From Candidatus Fermentibacterota bacterium (GTDB lineage Bacteria; Fermentibacterota; Fermentibacteria; Fermentibacterales; JCC-6): 64,000 bases of DNA. The notes beneath the pieces are model-generated. The model searched no databases. It saw only the letters and a program-made list of their open reading frames with translations, and had not been told where the DNA came from. Made by a program: the position numbers and the translations under genes. This document shows, one piece after another, positions 57,329-64,000 of this stretch. Location of the stretch: NCBI GenBank assembly GCA_030609965.1, contig JAUWSQ010000003.1:3861-67860 (forward strand). Direction: 5' to 3'. How positions within the stretch are numbered: position 1 is the stretch's first letter; every line of letters starts with the position of its first letter.

Positions 57329-60171
57329 TACCTTTCCGCGGGGCAATGGTGGGACGTGAACATCAGCTGTTGCATGCGGTAAGCTTTGTTCTCGACCTGG
57401 AGGTTACGGAGAGTAACGGCATACTGTTCCTCTGGGCTCCGCCAGGGCTAGGAAAGACCCGGCTCGTAATTGAAGTGGAAAGATCGATCCCGCAGCGGGA
57501 TTTCATTTTCATAGAAGGTGACAATGCCGCGGGTTCGGCTCCATTCTCTGATCTTCTCGAGAGCTGGTTCGACCTTAATCCCGGAGCTGCACCGGACCAG
57601 AATCTTGGAGTGTTCGGGAGTATCTGGGAAGGACTCCTTCTTAATCTGGATATCGGACTTCCGGGGGAATGCAGGAACTTGCGAAGGGAGCTGGAGGAAG
57701 CCAGACCCTATTTCGAGTACATTCTCGGGCTTAATTTCGATAAAGAGTCCATCGTTTTCAGACTTGAACCCGCGCAGAGGGCAGAGAAAATAAGCCATGC
57801 TCTTGTAACCTTTTTTAACGTTCTTGCTCTGCAGTATCCGTTAGTCATCGTCCTGGAAAACGTTCAGTGGTTCTCCGAGGAGGATCTGCTTATCGCAAAG
57901 CGGATCATCGAGAGTACTTCCGCTGCAGCAAGGGCGTTCATTGTTACAGGAAGACCTGATGAGGGTGGTAATGAACCTGATTTTCCTGATACTTCATCTT
58001 ACATAAGAACGGATACCGTATTTCTGGATGGACTGCCTAAGACCAGCATTAAAACCTTCGTTGAGGAACTGGGATCCGGATCACCGGAAGAAAAACTGGT
58101 AGAGTTTCTCTGGGACAGAGCAGGAGGAGTTCCCCTGTTCCTTGAGCAGGTGATTGATTATTTGAACGAAACCGGTTCGATCGAAAGCTGTAGCGGTGAA
58201 CTGCTGCTGAAAGCTCCCGCATCCGAGATACCTGTTTCGATCAGGGAGATGTTCATCTCCCGAATGCTGTTCATGTCAGATTCAGCCAGAAGGGTAGCCA
58301 TGGCGGCATCCGTTCTGGGAGGCAGCTTTAGACGGTCGGATATAGAAGCAATGATTGGCGTGGATTCGGTGGATGACTGCCTGATGACCGGCATGGAAAA
58401 ACGTATTTTCAACCTGGAAGGATCGGGCGGCTCCTTTTCACATATTCTTTTCCGAGACTGGATAAGCGAGATGTCTCCTATCGAGGAATTGCGGAAGTTT
58501 CATCTGAAAGCCGGCCGTATTCTGGAGAAGGAATCGGAATTGTATCCTTCACCTTCCCGCCTTGAGAAGATCTCGGACCACTGCCTGTTCGGAGGAGATG
58601 ACAGTAAAGCAGCCTCTTTCATGGAACAGGCAGCAGCAGCGTACGCTGATGTTTTCGAGAACAGGGCTGCATCGAGGTTATACAGGAAACTGATACCCAT
58701 GCTGGATGAGCCTGAAAGAATCCGTACTGAGTTGAAGCTGTCCGATGTGTACAAAAACGCCGGACTTCTCAAAGATGGAATTGAACTTCTCTCCGGGACA
58801 CTGGATCGCATACGCGATTCTTCTTCAGTCGACATGCATTGTGAAGCACTGGTAATGCTCAAACTCGGTGCGTACATGAGCTCATCCGGTAAGCTTGCAG
58901 AGGGGGAGGAGCTGCTTCTGAAATCCCTGACTGTTTTCGAGAAGTGTGACGATATCGAAAACCAGACTATGGCCGTTATGCAGCTGGGCCTGGCTGTGCG
59001 TTCAGCAGGAAGGATCGCGCAGGCAATTGATCTCGTTGAGCGGTCAATTGAACTTGCCAGAAAATCGGGCAAACCCAATCTTATCTGTGCGTCCCTGTAC
59101 TGGTCCGCCATAACTTATAGACAGACAGGTGATTACCAGAAGATGAAGCGATGTACCGAGGAACAGGTGGAGCTTGCGAAAAGATCGGGCATAATAAAAA
59201 GTATTATTATGGGATACGACAACCTCATGAGGGTACATATTTACAACAGAGATTACGAAGCGGCTGAGGAGGTCCATGAAAAGCTCAGGAGTGCCGCAGA
59301 AAAAACAGCGAACTGGGCTGCCCTCAGTACCGCTACCAGCAAACTTGGAATTATTCACCTTCGCAGAGGTGAATGGGAATCCGCGATGGATTGCTTTGCG
59401 AAGTGTGTAAGCCTTACGGAAAAGACGGGTAATATCAGGGCTAAATGTGCCGCACTTGGAAATCTTGCCCACGTATCAATTGAGATGGAAGACCTTGGGG
59501 CAGCCCTGAAATACTCCACAGAACTCATAGATACGGCATCCACTATAGGTTTCAGGACCGGGCTCATGTCCGGTTACTCGAGAATGGGCTACATTTTCTC
59601 CCTCCGTGGAGATTACGAATCCGCCCTGGACTGTATACAGACACAGATCGAACATGCCGAATACCTGCAGGATATCCGTAACCTTTCCCATGGGTGGGAA
59701 ATGATCGCTGATATTCAATTCAGACTGAATGAGATACCGGAGTCGATCGCAAGCATTGAGAGAGCTATCGAGTTTTCGATGAAAGCGAGCGATATGGTTC
59801 TCTACTCAAGCCAGCTGGCCCGGAAGGGCAGGATTCTTTTTTTAAGCGGCAGCAAGGTGGAGGCAGAGTGTTTTCTGAAGGAAGCGCTCACCCATACTGA
59901 GGGAAGGGAAGGTCTTGAAAAACTGGTTTTCCGCTGCAGGCTGTATCTGCTGGCACTAAAAACTAAAACCGACCCTCAAAGTGCCTCCGAGATACTGGAG
60001 ATGGCGGGTGAAGCCCCTGACACTGGCTGCGGGGGTGAAGCTTATTACTGTCACTGGAAACTGACTGGCTGCAGCACCTCCGCCCGGAAGGCAGCTGCTC
60101 TGCTTACCGAATCCATCGGCTCACTGCAGCAACCGGTTCTCCAGAGATTGCTCGATGATCTGAAGCAGTGA
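57325..60171 (+). CDS. STAND-like P-loop NTPase with C-terminal TPR repeats (948 aa).
   Basis: Walker A APPGLGKTRL about 40 aa from the N-terminus. Walker B-like VIVLENVQW. Long C-terminal half with TPR-like repeats (..AAYADVFENRAASRLYRK.., ..YQKMKRCTEEQVELAKRSG..). Start overlaps the DUF167 stop (ATGA). Confidence 0.7.
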   Translation: MIPFRGAMVGREHQLLHAVSFVLDLEVTESNGILFLWAPPGLGKTRLVIEVERSIPQRDFIFIEGDNAAGSAPFSDLLESWFDLNPGAAPDQNLGVFGSIWEGLLLNLDIGLPGECRNLRRELEEARPYFEYILGLNFDKESIVFRLEPAQRAEKISHALVTFFNVLALQYPLVIVLENVQWFSEEDLLIAKRIIESTSAAARAFIVTGRPDEGGNEPDFPDTSSYIRTDTVFLDGLPKTSIKTFVEELGSGSPEEKLVEFLWDRAGGVPLFLEQVIDYLNETGSIESCSGELLLKAPASEIPVSIREMFISRMLFMSDSARRVAMAASVLGGSFRRSDIEAMIGVDSVDDCLMTGMEKRIFNLEGSGGSFSHILFRDWISEMSPIEELRKFHLKAGRILEKESELYPSPSRLEKISDHCLFGGDDSKAASFMEQAAAAYADVFENRAASRLYRKLIPMLDEPERIRTELKLSDVYKNAGLLKDGIELLSGTLDRIRDSSSVDMHCEALVMLKLGAYMSSSGKLAEGEELLLKSLTVFEKCDDIENQTMAVMQLGLAVRSAGRIAQAIDLVERSIELARKSGKPNLICASLYWSAITYRQTGDYQKMKRCTEEQVELAKRSGIIKSIIMGYDNLMRVHIYNRDYEAAEEVHEKLRSAAEKTANWAALSTATSKLGIIHLRRGEWESAMDCFAKCVSLTEKTGNIRAKCAALGNLAHVSIEMEDLGAALKYSTELIDTASTIGFRTGLMSGYSRMGYIFSLRGDYESALDCIQTQIEHAEYLQDIRNLSHGWEMIADIQFRLNEIPESIASIERAIEFSMKASDMVLYSSQLARKGRILFLSGSKVEAECFLKEALTHTEGREGLEKLVFRCRLYLLALKTKTDPQSASEILEMAGEAPDTGCGGEAYYCHWKLTGCSTSARKAAALLTESIGSLQQPVLQRLLDDLKQ

Positions 60172-60243
60172 TCCCGGTTTCAATTATTGACACAACATGA
60201 GCACTTCCCCATCTTTACTCAACTTATTTGAAAGGTGGTTCTA

Positions 60244-60786
60244 ATGGAAAAGAAACGAAAATTCATACTCATCATCGCTGTTATTGGAATGATAGGCACA
60301 TTCCTGCCCTGGGCAAGCGCTTTCGGGTTTTCCGTACGCGGTACTTCGGGCAGTGATGGATGGATAACTCTTGTTCTGTTTGCAGTAGGCGGTGCTATCG
60401 CCTTTTTCAATGGTGACAAAGCAGAGGCTATCAAGAAGAAGATGACGACCGCTGTCTGGATCCCTGCAGCACTGGCAGCTGTAATCGCTCTGCTTAAGAT
60501 ATTCAAGAGCAGACCTGCGGGCCTGACAATCGGCATCGGCCTTTATCTTATAGCAATCGCCGGTCTCGCGCAGGTGTTTATTACATTGTTCTTCAAGGGC
60601 GAAGGCGGCTGGAACATCCCTAAATCGGTAGCTGATGTAAAAGCAGCGGCCAGAATTCCCGCGGCTGAAGAGGAAGCTGCTCCTGCAGCACCAGCGGCAC
60701 CTGCAGCACCAGCAGCACCTGAAGCACCTGAAGCACCAGCAGCACCTGAAGCACCTCCAGCAGAAGAAGAGGAAGTTAAGGAATAA
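60244..60786 (+). CDS. Membrane protein with Pro/Ala/Glu-rich C-terminal low-complexity tail.
   Basis: Three to four TM helices, then the (PAA/PEA) repeat tail encoded by a 15-nt tandem repeat. Confidence 0.6.
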   Translation: MEKKRKFILIIAVIGMIGTFLPWASAFGFSVRGTSGSDGWITLVLFAVGGAIAFFNGDKAEAIKKKMTTAVWIPAALAAVIALLKIFKSRPAGLTIGIGLYLIAIAGLAQVFITLFFKGEGGWNIPKSVADVKAAARIPAAEEEAAPAAPAAPAAPAAPEAPEAPAAPEAPPAEEEEVKE

Positions 60787-60837
60787 CACCTTAATTATCA
60801 GCCATATCGGTTGATATTCCTTCATTCATTCAGTATC

Positions 60838-60881
60838 GGTGCCCCTGCGTTGTGCAGGGGCACCGCTTATTACACTTGTTC
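60838..60881 (+). terminator. Rho-independent terminator (GGTGCCCCTGC-GTTGT-GCAGGGGCACC followed by a T-rich tract).
   Basis: 11-bp perfect GC-rich stem, 5-nt loop, then CTTATTACACTTGTTCT. Confidence 0.75.
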
Positions 60882-60956
60882 TACGATTCAGATATTAGCA
60901 TAATCGCTGTTCGATAAGCGTATTGTCTATTGGTGTGCCCCAAGAAAAGGTAATTT

Positions 60957-61511
60957 ATGTTCGCGATAATCCCGGATAGCTGGAAGTGTGATCTGACGGA
61001 TCTTGCTGAGTTCAGAAGGCGGAGTGATGATCCTCTGGAGAATCACGATTTAATTCGTTCGGGTCTCTTGAATGGAGAACGCCTGTTCCTGATAGGAACG
61101 GAAGGCGTATCCGATTCAAGCAGATACATTGTTGCCGTAGATCATATTGCGCTTTTCGGGAGTAGTCCTCTTGCAGGATCGAACAGAGATGATCTTGGCC
61201 CGAGGTTCCCTTCACTTATGGGTTTGTACCTTGCGCCGGAGGGTCCATGGGGCAGGGGCGTTGTGGGCAGAGTCCCGGACTGGAAACTGGCAACACCTGC
61301 AGAGCTCACGCTGTTTGGTGCCGAGACTCTGGTTTCCGAGGGTATAGACGAAGCAGAAATAGCAGGACACGGAGGAGCAAAAGTAGTGCTTCTTGTCAGA
61401 AGCCATGGCTGGGAGTCGATAAATACTGAGACCCCGCCTGTTCGGGAAGTAGCGGCTGCTGCAGTGGACCTCTGCAATTCTAAATTCACCCGGGGAGGTG
61501 AGGAGCAGTGA
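60957..61511 (+). CDS. Phosphorylase-family protein (PNP/MTAP-like region). Assignment uncertain; shorter than canonical PNP.
   Basis: PLAGSNRDDLGPRFPSLMGLY resembles the PNP-family motif NPL.GPND.RFGPRFP.M. Only 184 aa. Confidence 0.35.
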   Translation: MFAIIPDSWKCDLTDLAEFRRRSDDPLENHDLIRSGLLNGERLFLIGTEGVSDSSRYIVAVDHIALFGSSPLAGSNRDDLGPRFPSLMGLYLAPEGPWGRGVVGRVPDWKLATPAELTLFGAETLVSEGIDEAEIAGHGGAKVVLLVRSHGWESINTETPPVREVAAAAVDLCNSKFTRGGEEQ

Positions 61512-64000
61512 ACTATAAAGATACGATACAACTACCCCAGACCGACTTCTCCATGAAAGGCAATCTTATTAAGAAGGAGCCTGAAACACTTGAGAAGTGG
61601 AGTACGGAGAACCTTAACTCTAAAATCAGGCAGGCGAGGAAGGATTCACCTAAGTTCATTCTCCATGACGGGCCTCCCTATGCTAACGGGCACGTTCACC
61701 TTGGAACGGCGCTGAATAAGATATTAAAGGATTTCATTGTTAAATCCTTCACCATGATGGGATACGATTCCCCATATGTTCCCGGGTGGGATTGCCACGG
61801 GATGCCAATAGAACACAAGGTTATGGGTGATCAGCCTGATGGTGGAAAACACCTTTCGAGGAAAGAAATAAGAGAGAAGTGCCGGGAGTATGCCCTGGAA
61901 TTCGTTGGAATCCAGAGGGAGGAATTCAAAAGACTTGGTGTATTCGGTGAATGGGACAGGCCCTATCTTACGATGAGCAGAGATTACGAATCAGGCATTC
62001 TACGGGCATTTGGCGATCTTGTGAAAAACGGCTACATATATCAGGGTCTGCGGCCTATACACTGGTGTATGAAATGTGGTACCGCTCTGGCCGAAGCGGA
62101 AGTGGAACACGGAGATCACACTTCTCCATCGATATATGTGGCGTTCAGACAGGAAAATCCCGATGAATGGGAAAGCCGGGGTGTTCCACGAGATACCGAA
62201 ACGGTTATCTGGACAACAACGCCCTGGACTCTGCCTGCTAACATGGCGGTAGCACTGCACCCATCCGAGAAGTATGTGACCGTTGAATCCGGGGGACGGC
62301 GATTCCTGGTGGCCGAAAAAAGGGCGGAAGCCTTCCTGAAGGATTCTGAATTGATCGGCAGCATACTCCCGGAGCCTGTTTTCACGGGCAGTGAACTTGA
62401 GGGTCTTCTGATGAAGCATCCCCTCCTTGAGAACAAAACTTCCCTTATGATAGTAGCCGATCATGTTACCATGGAAGATGGTACAGGGTGTGTTCATACA
62501 GCTCCGGGACACGGAGCTGAGGATTTCACAGTCGGCCTGAAGTACGGTCTCGAGATATTCAGCCCTGTGAATGAAGATGGAACATTCTCCGAGGAAGCCG
62601 GCAGGTATGGAGGCATCCATGTATTCAAAGCCAACGCTGAAATAGTGGATGATCTGAAGAATTCCGGGCACCTTCTTGCGGAAAAGAATATTAGACACAG
62701 TTATCCTCACTGCTGGAGATGCAAGAAACCGCTGATATTCCGGGCAACCAGGCAGTTCTTCCTGAGCCTTTCGAAGAACGATCTGAAAAAGCGGGTCCTT
62801 GAGAGGGTTGATGAGGTGAAATGGCATCCCGGATGGGGTTACGATCGTATGAAAAATATGATGGAGGTGCGGCCTGACTGGTGTCTTTCAAGGCAGAGAT
62901 CATGGGGGGTGGCACTTCCAGTTTTCACCTGCCCGGATTGCTCTGAGCCTGTTCTTGACCATGAGGTTATACACGCTGTTGCCGAAGAAGTAGCTCAGAA
63001 GGGGTCGGACGTATGGTTCGAAATGAATCCCGAAGAGTTTTTCGCTCTTGCGGGGAAGGAAGCTGTCTGCCCTTCGTGCGGAGGCAAAAATCTTCAGAGG
63101 GTGGATGATATTCTGGACGTATGGTTCGACAGTTCGCTGAGCCATTACAATGTACTTACAGAGAAACATGGTCTGTCACGCCCTGCCGCCGTATACCTTG
63201 AAGCAACCGACCAGCACCGCGGATGGTTTGGCGTAAGCCTGATCACAAGTGAAGCCCTTGGTATGGGCAAACCTGCTGATAACATCATAACTCACGGTCT
63301 AATCCAGGATAAGAGTGGAAGAAAAATGTCCAAGTCCATTGGTAACGTCATCTCACCATTGAAGATAATAGACCGCCAGGGAGCCGATATACTGCGGCTC
63401 TGGTTCGCAAGTGTGGATTACACTTCGGATTTCAGGGCTGAACTCTCACAGCTTGACGACTCCAGAGAAGCATACAGAAAACTGCGCAATACGGTAAGAT
63501 TCATGTTTGGCAATCTTGGAAAATTCGATGAATTTAATCTTAATCCGGCCGAACTTGATGGTTTCGACAGATATATCTACCTCAGATTCAGGAAACTCTT
63601 TCGATTCTGCATCGATGAGTACAGAAAGTTCCAGTTCCACAGAGTCTATCGTGAACTCCGGAATTTCGCGGTCATAAGTCTTTCAGGTCAGTTCCTGGAT
63701 ATGAGGAAAGACAGGCTTTACTGCAGTGATCCTGATTCTGCATCCAGCAGGATGACAAGGCAGGTCATGGCTTACATGCTGGTGAATCTTATAAGGCTTC
63801 TGGCACCTCTGATTCCCTTTACAGCTGAAGAGGCGTGGCTTGCGCTTCCAGAGTGCCTCAGAGGGAACGATTCCAGTGTGCACCTATCCCTTTATCCCGA
63901 TACCGAAGCTCTTCTGGATACCGAAGAGGATAACGCAATCCTGCAGGAGTGGGAGCCCTATCTGGAAGTAAGGAAAACAGTTTTGAAGGAACTCGAGGAA
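61508..64000 (+). CDS. ileS: Isoleucyl-tRNA synthetase, 3'-partial (runs off the window end). GTG start overlaps the upstream stop.
   Basis: Manual translation gives HDGPPYANGHVHLGTALNKILKD (HIGH-class motif), WCMKCGTALAE.., GRKMSKSIGN (KMSKS), CPDCSEP..CPSCGG zinc motifs. Absent from the ORF track because there is no stop before the edge. Confidence 0.9.
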   Translation, partial: MNYKDTIQLPQTDFSMKGNLIKKEPETLEKWSTENLNSKIRQARKDSPKFILHDGPPYANGHVHLGTALNKILKDFIVKSFTMMGYDSPYVPGWDCHGMPIEHKVMGDQPDGGKHLSRKEIREKCREYALEFVGIQREEFKRLGVFGEWDRPYLTMSRDYESGILRAFGDLVKNGYIYQGLRPIHWCMKCGTALAEAEVEHGDHTSPSIYVAFRQENPDEWESRGVPRDTETVIWTTTPWTLPANMAVALHPSEKYVTVESGGRRFLVAEKRAEAFLKDSELIGSILPEPVFTGSELEGLLMKHPLLENKTSLMIVADHVTMEDGTGCVHTAPGHGAEDFTVGLKYGLEIFSPVNEDGTFSEEAGRYGGIHVFKANAEIVDDLKNSGHLLAEKNIRHSYPHCWRCKKPLIFRATRQFFLSLSKNDLKKRVLERVDEVKWHPGWGYDRMKNMMEVRPDWCLSRQRSWGVALPVFTCPDCSEPVLDHEVIHAVAEEVAQKGSDVWFEMNPEEFFALAGKEAVCPSCGGKNLQRVDDILDVWFDSSLSHYNVLTEKHGLSRPAAVYLEATDQHRGWFGVSLITSEALGMGKPADNIITHGLIQDKSGRKMSKSIGNVISPLKIIDRQGADILRLWFASVDYTSDFRAELSQLDDSREAYRKLRNTVRFMFGNLGKFDEFNLNPAELDGFDRYIYLRFRKLFRFCIDEYRKFQFHRVYRELRNFAVISLSGQFLDMRKDRLYCSDPDSASSRMTRQVMAYMLVNLIRLLAPLIPFTAEEAWLALPECLRGNDSSVHLSLYPDTEALLDTEEDNAILQEWEPYLEVRKTVLKELEE

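Noticed and set aside
60640-60770. Possible CRISPR-like short repeats.
   Set aside because: Repeats are 15 nt, contiguous without spacers, in-frame and coding for a low-complexity tail. Not a CRISPR array.
60241-60825. 194-aa minus-strand Cys/Arg/Trp-rich ORF.
   Set aside because: Reverse-complement reading of the PAAP-encoding tandem repeat; artefactual.
62000-62827. 275-aa minus-strand ORF near the 3' end.
   Set aside because: Antisense to ileS, which is clearly the real gene here (HIGH and KMSKS motifs in the plus frame).

Overview
The window reads as a gene-dense chromosomal segment (about 50% GC) from an uncultured Gram-negative (diderm) bacterium. The diderm call rests on MreBCD-PBP2-RodA, Lgt, a lipoprotein with a lipobox and an outer-membrane barrel candidate.

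Housekeeping blocks: fabF-fabK, sahR-ahcY, a seven-gene NAD-dependent formate dehydrogenase operon (response regulator, NuoE-like, NuoF-like, Cys-type FdhA, FocA, FdhD, MobA), mreBCD-mrdA-rodA, lgt-comF, dnaE and partial ileS. ileS runs off the 3' edge and is absent from the ORF track.

Accessory-like regions lie between these blocks:
- An 11-kb cell-envelope glycan modification cluster (6.2-17.1 kb): FAD oxidoreductase, two AsnB-type amidotransferases, two GT2 enzymes, a flippase-like membrane protein, a radical-SAM protein with a Cys-rich C-terminal domain, and an ArnT/PMT-like GT-C transferase.
- A degraded IS110-family transposase remnant (about 4.2-4.65 kb).
- A 'junkyard' (17.4-18.9 kb) holding fragmentary paralogous copies of the 3' end of the arylsulfotransferase-like gene and of the SnoaL-like gene from the 3.6-6.2 kb locus, joined as at a tandem-duplication junction, plus an arginase-family C-terminal fragment.
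- An orphan tyrosine recombinase flanked by two-component genes and AT-rich DNA (about 31.9-33.0 kb), followed by a hybrid sensor translationally coupled to MgtC, and an HD-domain dNTP triphosphohydrolase divergent from a PHP phosphoesterase.
- A RelE/RHH toxin-antitoxin pair downstream of rodA, then a radical-SAM / beta-propeller cluster carrying N-terminal and C-terminal gene fragments.
- A Trm112-like / DUF167 / STAND-type NTPase-TPR operon.

Non-coding signals:
- An approximately 85-bp element present twice (29.4 kb and 48.0 kb).
- A conserved GTTAAC-containing motif shared by the two paralogous loci.
- A perfect 14-bp palindrome (29.9 kb).
- Hairpins and terminators at 28.0, 31.8 and 60.8 kb.

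A partial gene at the 5' edge (minus strand, also absent from the ORF track) encodes a 2-TM pore plus RCK-domain ion channel without a GYGD filter. No rRNA, tRNA or CRISPR arrays were recognised. All similarity calls are by eye, not by database search.
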